Part shown: positions 7,216 to 15,185 of the stretch, in pieces
How positions within the stretch are numbered: position 1 is the stretch's first letter
Layout of the letters: each line of letters begins with the position of its first letter
Notes under the pieces: model-generated
Databases searched by the model: none
What the model was told of the DNA's origin: nothing
The model's input: the letters and a program-made list of their open reading frames with translations, nothing else
From: Pyrodictium abyssi
Lineage (GTDB): Archaea; Thermoproteota; Thermoprotei_A; Sulfolobales; Pyrodictiaceae
DNA: 32,000 nucleotides
Assembly: GCF_036323395.1 (NCBI RefSeq)
Contig: NZ_AP028907.1
Span: 960,001 to 992,000 of the forward strand
Reading direction: 5' to 3'
Translations under genes and position numbers: made by a program

Positions 7216-8019
7216 CTACTCTGTTCTAGGCTCTTCTACGAAGCGCCAAGCCTTCTTCGACGCGTCGAAGTAGATTAGTCCTGCCTCTTTAAGCCTCTGG
7301 AAGAGCGTGTACTGGGTATCAGTTAGTAGTAGCTTTATCTCGTCGTCGTTAGCGGTCGGGAGCTGCTCCACTTTCTCGCGGAAGTTCTCCCAGAAAGCCC
7401 GGTCAACGGCTACCCGTTCTCCCCCTATATCGAGTATTAGGGCGCCCTCACGCCTCAGCTTCTCGAAGAACGCGTCGCGGTCCCTGAGCCACTGTACGTC
7501 ATGCTCAAAGACTACTCCCTGCTCCCGGAGCCTCTCTATAGCAGAACGCCTCCTAGCCCGCTGATAGTGCTCTTTCCTCTCCGAGGCTTGCTGGGGCTGA
7601 ACCCGGGCAATCGTGCCCTCACGGCGGCGCTGGCTCTCTAACGCCTCTTCGAGGCTCTTAACGCGTTCCTCTAGCGACTCGAGCCGTTCAATAGCCTCAG
7701 CCAGCTTTGAGGACAGCGAGTCTATCTTGGCAGTCCACGGGTTAACCATATCCTGGATGCGCCGCTCGAGCCTGGCAACGAGCTTCTCCAGGTCCGGCGG
7801 GACAACCTCTATCTTTTCGCCAGTGGCTATCTCCCTAAGCTTCTCAGATACTATGCGCTCCACGAGCGCCTCTATGTTATCGCCCTCGACGAGACCGAGC
7901 TCCCTCATGATGAGGTAGCGTAGGTAGTCGGACACCAGGGGGAATCCTTCCTGTCTAGCCCTCTCCTCTAGCTCGCGGTAGATACTGTCCGGAAGCCTAA
8001 TGGCGACAACACGTGGCAT
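7216..8019 (-). CDS. Ribbon-helix-helix (CopG-like) N-terminal domain protein with a long coiled coil and an uncharacterised C-terminal domain
   Basis: The ORF track gives 7216-8055. The internal ATG at 8019 yields MPRVVAIRLPDSIYRELEERARQEGFPLVSDYLRYLI, a typical RHH beta-alpha-alpha start. A heptad-rich stretch follows (LEKLVARLERRIQ...AEAIERLESLEERVKSLEEALE), then a roughly 110-aa unassigned domain. Confidence 0.55.
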   Translation of the reverse strand: MPRVVAIRLPDSIYRELEERARQEGFPLVSDYLRYLIMRELGLVEGDNIEALVERIVSEKLREIATGEKIEVVPPDLEKLVARLERRIQDMVNPWTAKIDSLSSKLAEAIERLESLEERVKSLEEALESQRRREGTIARVQPQQASERKEHYQRARRRSAIERLREQGVVFEHDVQWLRDRDAFFEKLRREGALILDIGGERVAVDRAFWENFREKVEQLPTANDDEIKLLLTDTQYTLFQRLKEAGLIYFDASKKAWRFVEEPRTE

Positions 8020-8252
8020 AGCAACCACTCTCGCGGAATACAGGCGTCCCGGCATAGCTAGTTGGAGGCAGGGCGTAGGCCCGGGCCCTGCCAGAGGATA
8101 GGATAGAGCTAGGCGAGCCCTAAATTCGGGTTAAGCCTCTCTCGTAGAGCGCGGGGCTGTGCTGAAGGCTGTACTCGCCGAGGCAGCTATGTGGACACCT
8201 TTAAGTGCTGAGCCCCCGCCCTAGCGGCTCCTCCTGGGGTGCAGGAGCATCC

Positions 8253-8732
8253 TTGAAGGCGAGGGTAACGGTGCTAGTTCACGACGTGTCGAGCGCCCAG
8301 CGTTTGATAGACATAGCTAAGCTAGCCTACGGGCTCGGCTTCACCCACCTAGTCGCTACAAAGGTCTATGGCGCGGCAGCGTCGAGTGGCGTGCCCGAGG
8401 CTACGCGCCTAGCGCTGAGGCTAGGCAGAAGCTTCTCAGTACTACCGAGCGTGAAGGATGCTATAGAGCTGCTTGCGCCAGACAAGGTGGTCGTGGTCTC
8501 GAGGGAGTATGGTGAACCGGTAGAGCCCTGGAGCTACGCGGAGAAGCTAGCCGGTAGCCAAGGAGGCGTACTGATAGTATTCGGAGGCATAGACGCCGCC
8601 CCAGGAAAGGATGTTGCCGGCCTAGGTGAAGCGGTCTACCCGGTGGGCGCTGAGGCTAGGCTGACGCCAGTAGCCGAGGCAGCTCTATTCCTCTACCCGC
8701 TGTCTAGGATACTTTCTCAAGAAACCTCCTAA
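8253..8732 (+). CDS. Small SPOUT-superfamily-like (SpoU/TrmH knot-like) protein of unknown substrate
   Basis: The alternating beta/alpha pattern ends in LIVFGGIDAAPGKDV...AVYPVGAEARLTPVAEAALFLYPL, which resembles SPOUT motifs 2 and 3. The track ORF starts at GTG 8205. TTG 8253 (MKARVTVLVHDV) is preceded by AGGAG and fits the first beta strand better. Family assignment is tentative. Confidence 0.45.
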   Translation: MKARVTVLVHDVSSAQRLIDIAKLAYGLGFTHLVATKVYGAAASSGVPEATRLALRLGRSFSVLPSVKDAIELLAPDKVVVVSREYGEPVEPWSYAEKLAGSQGGVLIVFGGIDAAPGKDVAGLGEAVYPVGAEARLTPVAEAALFLYPLSRILSQETS

Positions 8733-9654
8733 CCTCCCACGCTATAGCCTCTGCTAGTGGGACGGGGACCGCCTCGCCAACCTGGTTGTACTGCTCGTCC
8801 TTGCCTCCAAGGAACACGTGGTTGTCCGGGAACCCCATCAGCCTTGCCTGCTCCCTAACAGTGAGGAACCTGTCCTCGTACGGGTGTATAAACCTGCTCG
8901 AGCCGAGTACTGTCGGTGCGTGGCGCCTCGGGTCGAGCCTTATGAGGTTAGGATAACGGCGCCCCTCAGCCCCCTCGTAGTATATCAGTGCTTGGCCCCA
9001 GCGTAGCCTCGCTATTCGGCGTGCCTTCCGGGGACTCAGTGACGGCGGCTCGTGGTTCAGTACATCGCTGCTACCAGGCTCCGGGAGACCCCGGAGAGCC
9101 TCCTCCACAGTTATCCTGCGCGGGAGCTTCCGTGGCCTAATCCTGATGTTGGAGATGAATACACGTAGCCTGTGGCTAGGCGTGCCGTAGTCCTCGGCCG
9201 CCAACACGTTGAAGTATATCTCGGGGTAACCGGCCTCAGCAAATATGCGGCGTAGCTCCTCCTTCACGTCTAGTATGCCAGGGACGTTCTCCATCACGAA
9301 TACCTTGGGCTTTAGCTCGCCCACTATCCTGGCGAAGTGGAGGGCCAGCTGCCCGGCTGGGTCCTGGTACAGCCGGTCTATAGGGTTCTTCATGCGCCGC
9401 GGGTTTGCCCCAGTATACGGCTCACACGGCGGACTCCCTATGACCACGTCAGGGCGGCCCACAAGCTTCTCGATGAGCGCTCCAGTCACCTCCTTTATGT
9501 CCATGGCTAGGGCCACTGCCTCGGGGAAGTTGGCCTTGTAGCTACGGATCGCAGCAGGGTCATTGTCTATGCCCAGAAGTACCCGGAACCCAGCTCGTCG
9601 GAACCCTTCTGCAAACCCGCCAGCGCCGCTAAACAGATCTACGAGGCTTGGCAC
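8704..9654 (-). CDS. dcm: DNA (cytosine-5)-methyltransferase
   Basis: Recognisable C5-MTase motifs: [27 protein letters not shown] (catalytic Cys), [47 protein letters not shown]. Confidence 0.9.
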   Translation of the reverse strand: MPSLVDLFSGAGGFAEGFRRAGFRVLLGIDNDPAAIRSYKANFPEAVALAMDIKEVTGALIEKLVGRPDVVIGSPPCEPYTGANPRRMKNPIDRLYQDPAGQLALHFARIVGELKPKVFVMENVPGILDVKEELRRIFAEAGYPEIYFNVLAAEDYGTPSHRLRVFISNIRIRPRKLPRRITVEEALRGLPEPGSSDVLNHEPPSLSPRKARRIARLRWGQALIYYEGAEGRRYPNLIRLDPRRHAPTVLGSSRFIHPYEDRFLTVREQARLMGFPDNHVFLGGKDEQYNQVGEAVPVPLAEAIAWEVRRFLEKVS

Positions 9655-10171
9655 TGTTGATTTCAGCCTCCAGTAGGGCTATGTACTGCCTTATGATCTG
9701 TATTCGTAGCTCTCTATCCTGATCGGGGACCAGCATCGTCCCGCAGCGTGGGCACGCAAACTCGTGGTCTAGCGCCTCCTCAAACGTATACTTCGTGCCA
9801 TCGGTCGGGCATACGTAGTAGTGTATGCTCTCCTCGCGCTCCAGCAGCATCTGGAGCCTCTCAAGAGTAGCGCGTTTACGCGCCTCTATTATAGCCGGAA
9901 GCCCCTCGTAGTTTATCCTCCAGTAGAAGATAAGCCTGTTCTTCTCAGGATGCTTCTGCCTACGGTATACGGCCAGCCCCTTCTCCGCAAGGAGGTTGAG
10001 AGATCGCCGTATAGCATTCAGCTTCAGCCCCGTCTTCTCGGCCAGGTCTATCTCCGAGAGTTCGCCACCCTCCTCGTAGAGGGCCTGGAGCACTATGCGC
10101 GCGTCCCGGTCTATCAGCCTCTCTATGAACGTGTAGAGCTTCTCCAGCTCGCTGCTACTGGTCATTTCCAC
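9629..10171 (-). CDS. tfe: Transcription factor E (TFE alpha, TFIIE-alpha homologue)
   Basis: 180-aa ORF. It has an N-terminal winged-helix region ([46 protein letters not shown]...FYWRINYE) followed by a zinc-ribbon-like segment ([30 protein letters not shown]). Confidence 0.75.
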   Translation of the reverse strand: MEMTSSSELEKLYTFIERLIDRDARIVLQALYEEGGELSEIDLAEKTGLKLNAIRRSLNLLAEKGLAVYRRQKHPEKNRLIFYWRINYEGLPAIIEARKRATLERLQMLLEREESIHYYVCPTDGTKYTFEEALDHEFACPRCGTMLVPDQDRELRIQIIRQYIALLEAEINSAKPRRSV

Positions 10172-10189
10172 AGCGCACCCGGTATAGTA

Positions 10190-10759
10190 CTATTTATCCT
10201 CTTCCAGGCTTACTACCTTTTTGCCGCGGCGCGAGGGCACTATCCTCACACGCGCACCGGGGAATTCTACATGCAGCTCTTCTCCCCGGTAAAGCCTATC
10301 AAGGAACACAGCTAGCGCGGCCACCTCGCTGTGCGGCTGGTTCCCAATAGCCACGTTATAGTCTGCAGCCTCGTAGAAGAAGGGAGGCACCTTCTCAGCT
10401 CCAACCACTATAAGCTTAGGCCTGGGACTAGCCCTTATCTCGTCTATAACATCGTCAACGTGGAGCCCGTACATGGTGAGGTGTATGACCTCCCCGCCGC
10501 TCCTCTTCCAGTCGGAGACGTAGCGCCTACTACTAACACCACATAGCAGCTCCATCGAGCCGCCCCACCGCTCTAGGACGCCCTGGAGCGAGTCCATAAC
10601 GTGGTCGTCGCAGACGTCCCCTAGGACAAACCCGTTAGCCCCGAAAGCGCGGGCCACGAGGCCCACGTGCGTCGTTATTCTCTTGTCGCGCTGTGGCCGA
10701 TGGCCTATCCTCAGCACGTAGACCCGGCCGTACCTCTCAGCAGGGTGGCCACCCGGCAT
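10190..10759 (-). CDS. trm56: tRNA (cytidine56-2'-O)-methyltransferase aTrm56 (SPOUT)
   Basis: [34 protein letters not shown] matches the conserved aTrm56 N-terminus (LRLGHRPERDKRVTTHV.L.ARAFGA). The ATG at 10759 overlaps the hflX 3' end by 49 nt. An in-frame GTG at 10717 would cut the overlap to 7 nt. Confidence 0.85.
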   Translation of the reverse strand: MPGGHPAERYGRVYVLRIGHRPQRDKRITTHVGLVARAFGANGFVLGDVCDDHVMDSLQGVLERWGGSMELLCGVSSRRYVSDWKRSGGEVIHLTMYGLHVDDVIDEIRASPRPKLIVVGAEKVPPFFYEAADYNVAIGNQPHSEVAALAVFLDRLYRGEELHVEFPGARVRIVPSRRGKKVVSLEEDK

Positions 10760-11889
10760 AGCAGCCTGCCCACGCCCTCACCAGTCGCGGCGGAGACGGG
10801 TATAACTCCCTGGAGCCCAGGGTAGACGGACTCAGCCATGGCCTCTATTAGGCCGAGTATGCGCTCCAGGTCGCTCCTGTCGTGGACCAGGTCAACCTTG
10901 TTAGCCGCTATCAACATGGGTTTGTCCACGACGCCTATTCTGCGGAGTGTGTCCAGGCCCTCACTGAGCTTCTCAGTTATAACGTACTCGTCCTCCGAGA
11001 CGTCGAGCACGTAGAGTATGAGGTCGGCATAGGCGGCCTCCTCTAGTGTCGAGTGAAAGGCCTCTATTATCTCGGGCGGTATCCTGGAGATGAACCCTAC
11101 TGTGTCGACCACGGCGAAGCGTAGCCCGTCAAAGCTCGTGGCCTTGACCTTGGGGGATATAGTGGTGAAGTACTCGGGGCCTGCTGGCTTCTTCTCGCCG
11201 CTAATTCTGTTAAACAACGTGGTCTTCCCGGCGCTAGCGTAGCCGACTATAGCTACGTGTGGTAGCCCCGCGCTCCTCCTCTTAGCCCTCTCTATCTCGC
11301 GGCGCCTCCTTAGCTCCTGTAGCTCGCGGCGTATCCTAGCTATGCGCGAGACCATGTACCGGTAGTAGGCGTCTACAGCGTAGCCGCCAGGGCCGAGGAA
11401 GCCTGGCAGCTCCCGCATCTTAGCGAGCCTTATGGCCTCCTTTATCACGGGTAGCTGGTGTTTGAGCCTGGCGAGCTCTATCTGTAGCTTGGCCTCCCGG
11501 CTACCAGCGTGTAGAGCGAATATCTCGAGTATGAGCAGCGTCCTATCTATGGCATCTACCCGTGCCTCGCGTACTACGCGGAAGTACTCTCTGGGCTTCA
11601 GCTCGTCGTAGACTACTATTCTGGCGTCCTCGTCGCCGCGGAGAGGCTCGGCCTTCGCGGCCAGCTCCTCGAGCTTAGCCTTACTGAAGAGCCTGGACCT
11701 CGACACTGGCCGGTACCGTACAACGTCTACCACAGTGTAGCCAGCTGTCTCTAACAGCGCATAGGCCTCCCTCTCCTCCCAGCCAGTCAGCCTCCGGGGT
11801 AGAGCCAGTAGAGCCCGTCTCAAGGCCTGTTCACGCATCCCTCGGGGCATCGAGCAATGAACAGCTCCTCTAGGCCGTGAAAAGGTCAT
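10711..11889 (-). CDS. hflX: GTPase HflX
   Basis: HflX-type N-terminal domain ([29 protein letters not shown]) plus G motifs: G1 [13 protein letters not shown]3 DTVGFI, G4 NKVDL. Confidence 0.9.
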   Translation of the reverse strand: MTFSRPRGAVHCSMPRGMREQALRRALLALPRRLTGWEEREAYALLETAGYTVVDVVRYRPVSRSRLFSKAKLEELAAKAEPLRGDEDARIVVYDELKPREYFRVVREARVDAIDRTLLILEIFALHAGSREAKLQIELARLKHQLPVIKEAIRLAKMRELPGFLGPGGYAVDAYYRYMVSRIARIRRELQELRRRREIERAKRRSAGLPHVAIVGYASAGKTTLFNRISGEKKPAGPEYFTTISPKVKATSFDGLRFAVVDTVGFISRIPPEIIEAFHSTLEEAAYADLILYVLDVSEDEYVITEKLSEGLDTLRRIGVVDKPMLIAANKVDLVHDRSDLERILGLIEAMAESVYPGLQGVIPVSAATGEGVGRLLCRVATLLRGTAGSTC

Positions 11890-11970
11890 CTACAGAAACC
11901 AGGCTATAGACCTATGCGGCGCTCTCTAGAAAGCCGGAACGACGTCAAACATGAATAGGGCAGTGGGCTG

Positions 11971-12591
11971 CTAGTCTTCGCGTAGCTCGGCTATATCGCC
12001 GAGGGTAAGGTAGAACTCGCTCTTCCGGCCGCTCGCTAGCGGCTCTTCCTCCTCCTCTACGACGGGCTCTAGCAGCTTAACGCCAAGCACGCGTTCAAGC
12101 CTCATAGCCAGGTCTATGGGGGGCACCAGTGTACCGGCTTCAATCCTCTTTATCACGTTCTCGCCGACCTTCACCTTGATAGCTAGCTCCTTCTGTGAGA
12201 GGCCGAGCCTCTCGCGGGCTCTCCTAACCCTCTCAGCATAGTCCTCGACAACCTCATAGCGCTCTATAGCCCCTAGGCCGGGTCCGCGGCGCCTCGGGGG
12301 CTTACGCGGCTGCTGGCGTGTCGAGGGGCCGGCGGCAGGCCGTGGCTCCGTGTGCCGCGGGGTAGGCGGTGTAGCTGGCCTCGCGGGCTCTGGCCTCTCT
12401 CTACGCGGTGCTATGCGGAGTCGCAACGGCTCGTCGGTGCCAGTGCGAGTAGCGCGCGACATGTAGCGGCGGTAGCAACGCTCGCACACAACCATCTCGG
12501 TCGTCTCGACTACTATGGTGTAGCTCCTGCCCTCTATCGGCATGCCGCACATCTCACAGTATATTGGCTCGCGGCGCCTCTGTAGAGGCAT
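11971..12591 (-). CDS. mbf1: Archaeal multiprotein-bridging factor 1 (aMBF1): zinc ribbon + HTH-XRE domain
   Basis: N-terminal Cys4 ribbon (CEMCGMPI...VCERC) and C-terminal XRE-type HTH (RVRRARERLGLSQKELAIKVKVGENVIKRIEAGTLVPPIDLAMRLERVLGVKL). A Pro/Arg-rich linker separates them. Confidence 0.8.
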   Translation of the reverse strand: MPLQRRREPIYCEMCGMPIEGRSYTIVVETTEMVVCERCYRRYMSRATRTGTDEPLRLRIAPRRERPEPARPATPPTPRHTEPRPAAGPSTRQQPRKPPRRRGPGLGAIERYEVVEDYAERVRRARERLGLSQKELAIKVKVGENVIKRIEAGTLVPPIDLAMRLERVLGVKLLEPVVEEEEEPLASGRKSEFYLTLGDIAELRED

Positions 12592-12682
12592 GCTGGAGTA
12601 TCACCACCGTACTCACGGGGCGTAAACCATTATTTAGGTCTTCATAGAGTCTCTTAATATAGGTGCATGGTGGCGCTAGGGT

Positions 12683-13888
12683 ATGCAGCACCGCAGCGTC
12701 GATAATGAACTCACAAAGGACTACATATACTACCTCGAGCGAAGAATACGAGAACTTGAAGCCGAGAGGTCAGAGCTACGCCGCGAGCTACGCCGATACC
12801 GTATGGAGGTAGACAAGCTCCTAAGCCCGCCGCTAATAGAGGCGATGGTGCTCAGTGTCCTCCCCGACGGACGCGTTGTCGTGAAGAGCAGTACTGGGCC
12901 TAACCTCGTAGTGAATGTGTCGTCAAACGTAGACGTGTCCAAGCTGGTCCCCGGGGCATACGTAGCTCTAAACCAGCGAGGCTCAACCATAGTAGAAGTC
13001 CTCCCGGAGCGTGAAGACCCATACATAAAGGCTATGGAGGTCACTGAGAGGCCAAAGGTGACGTTCGACGATATAGGTGGACTTGAGGAGCAAAAACGCG
13101 AGCTCTACGAGGCCGTGATACTGCCGCTAGTGAAGCCTGAGGCTTTCCGCGAGCTGGGCATAGAGCCGCCTAAGGGCGTGCTCCTCTATGGCCCGCCTGG
13201 CTGCGGTAAGACACTCCTAGCGAAGGCCGTAGCAGCGATGAGCAATGCTACGTTCATACGCGTTGTGGCGTCGGAGTTCGTCCACAAGTACGTAGGCGAG
13301 GGCGCTAGGATAGTACGTGAAGTATTCAAGCTAGCCCGTAAGAAGGCGCCGAGCATAATATTCATAGACGAGATAGACGCGATAGCAGCCAAAAGGATAG
13401 ACGTAGGCACTAGTGGTGAGCGCGAGATACAGCGCACGCTTATGCAGCTACTAGCAGAGCTGGACGGCTTTGACCCGCTAGGCGACGTCAAGGTAATAGC
13501 CGCGACGAACCGGATCGACATACTCGACCCAGCGCTGCTGAGGCCAGGCCGCTTCGACCGGCTCATCTACGTGCCGCCGCCAGACGAGCATGGCCGCCTA
13601 GAGATATTCAAGATACACACGAGGAGGATGAAGCTGGCAGAGGACGTAGACCTAGCATACCTGGCCAGGATAACTGAGGGGGCGACAGGCGCGGATATAA
13701 GAGCAATAGTGATGGAGGCAGGGTTCTCGGCGCTGCGCAACAACCGCAAGCACGTAACCATGGAGGACTTCATAGCAGCTGTCGAGAAGGTGATGAAGAA
13801 GAGGCGCCGTCCCTACGTAGACAACCCGGAGTACTTCGAGAACAACCCCATAGCCAGCGTGAGCGAGAACGCTGTAATGCACATCTAG
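12683..13888 (+). CDS. pan: Proteasome-activating nucleotidase (PAN, AAA+ ATPase)
   Basis: N-terminal coiled coil ([30 protein letters not shown]), an OB-like segment, Walker [14 protein letters not shown], Walker [10 protein letters not shown], and second-region-of-homology [20 protein letters not shown]. Confidence 0.9.
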   Translation: MQHRSVDNELTKDYIYYLERRIRELEAERSELRRELRRYRMEVDKLLSPPLIEAMVLSVLPDGRVVVKSSTGPNLVVNVSSNVDVSKLVPGAYVALNQRGSTIVEVLPEREDPYIKAMEVTERPKVTFDDIGGLEEQKRELYEAVILPLVKPEAFRELGIEPPKGVLLYGPPGCGKTLLAKAVAAMSNATFIRVVASEFVHKYVGEGARIVREVFKLARKKAPSIIFIDEIDAIAAKRIDVGTSGEREIQRTLMQLLAELDGFDPLGDVKVIAATNRIDILDPALLRPGRFDRLIYVPPPDEHGRLEIFKIHTRRMKLAEDVDLAYLARITEGATGADIRAIVMEAGFSALRNNRKHVTMEDFIAAVEKVMKKRRRPYVDNPEYFENNPIASVSENAVMHI

Positions 13889-14571
13889 GTGCCGGCTTCT
13901 CTGCCGGCCTCTCTGTGGATTTTGCGGTACCTCGCCCAGATAGACCCCATTCTCGAGACCATGCGGCTCCAGGTCTTCTTGTCAACCTCCTCGTAGTGGA
14001 TATCCGCGCGGCCGTCGCGGTGTACACGGTAGCCCTTCTTGAGGTACAGTTTCCCGTCCCGTGTAGCGAACACAGTACAGTAAGTCAATAGGCACACAAT
14101 GGGCTTCGCATGCTTCCCGTACTTCTCGAGTGTGCACGAGCCCTCCCCCACGTCGAAGAATATGCAGCGGCCCATTGTCTCGGTGTCTAGCCTATAGATG
14201 CGGACCCAGCCACCTGGCGTACGGATGAGCTCGCTCGGCTGCCTGGTTATACGGTCCCTTACCTCCCCCGGTAGCCAGCGCAGCTCGTTCTCGACGATGA
14301 ATGCCCCGCTTCTTATAACGCAGCAGCGGTTACAGCCCCGTGGACACTCCATCTTGTAGGCGTCGCGTAGAACACTCTCCCCTATCTCCTCGAAGACTAG
14401 CATGTTCACGTGCGTCCCGGGTGTAGGCTTAAACACTGCTAGTAGCCTCTTGAGCCGAGGGCTGTAGTAGACGCCCTGGAACCAGCGCTTAAGCCGTGCT
14501 GCCTCTCTCAGCGTGTATATGTTCCAGGCCTTATCCCTCCCGGGCTCTTTTAGCACGTACACCTTGCCCAT
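13885..14571 (-). CDS. YkgJ-family cysteine-cluster (putative Zn/Fe-chelating CxxCxxCC-type) protein
   Basis: 228-aa ORF with [10 protein letters not shown] plus downstream Cys residues ([21 protein letters not shown]), as in UPF0153/YkgJ proteins. It shares a CTAG stop with pan. Confidence 0.5.
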   Translation of the reverse strand: MGKVYVLKEPGRDKAWNIYTLREAARLKRWFQGVYYSPRLKRLLAVFKPTPGTHVNMLVFEEIGESVLRDAYKMECPRGCNRCCVIRSGAFIVENELRWLPGEVRDRITRQPSELIRTPGGWVRIYRLDTETMGRCIFFDVGEGSCTLEKYGKHAKPIVCLLTYCTVFATRDGKLYLKKGYRVHRDGRADIHYEEVDKKTWSRMVSRMGSIWARYRKIHREAGREAGT

Positions 14572-14620
14572 TGCTCCTGCACCTTGGACGCGGTACAGCT
14601 GGGGTATCGGAGCACCCCCG

Positions 14621-15100
14621 TCACGTGGGCGGCCCCGCTGCAGATTCTCTAAGGAGTCTGCAGACCTCCTCTACCACTCCCCGCGGGAGCCTGGCCACTA
14701 TGCTTCTTATGCTGCGCCAGTGGCTCCACTCACCGTGGCTGCGGAGACCCCCGCTAAAGCTACGCGGTATATGCAGAATCTCGTGGACCAGCACAGACAC
14801 CATTTCGCGGCACGAAAGCCCCGCGAAGTTCTCGGATACCAGCTCGATGACATACATGGGCTCGCAGAGGCCTAGCCTGGTAAAAGGCGAGGGGAGCCCC
14901 CAGATGCGCGCGTAGGCGCGCGTCCGGGACCCCGTGCTCCAGGCGGCGTAGACCCTGCTAGTATCAATGTAGTCCAGCCCCATAGCCTCTACTAGCATAC
15001 GGATGGCCTCCTCTAGCCTCCGGTCCCGCTTGTACTTCACCCTCGGCAAGGCCCAGGCCGCACCACGCTCGCAGCAGCCTGTATCGCAGAATGTAGACAC
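14621..15100 (-). CDS. Small putative zinc metalloprotein/metallopeptidase (HExxH)
   Basis: 159-aa ORF with LVHEILHIPRSFSGGLRSH (HExxH plus a downstream His), preceded by a YARIWGL...VIEL segment. The layout resembles SprT/DUF45-type minimal metallopeptidases. Function is not established. Confidence 0.5.
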   Translation of the reverse strand: MSTFCDTGCCERGAAWALPRVKYKRDRRLEEAIRMLVEAMGLDYIDTSRVYAAWSTGSRTRAYARIWGLPSPFTRLGLCEPMYVIELVSENFAGLSCREMVSVLVHEILHIPRSFSGGLRSHGEWSHWRSIRSIVARLPRGVVEEVCRLLRESAAGPPT

Positions 15101-15185
15101 TCCAGGGAGGACCGCCGAGCGGAGAGACCCCCTGGGGCTAAAGAGCTGCCAGGCAGCGGCCTATAGGCCAAAAACAGTGCCGGTG

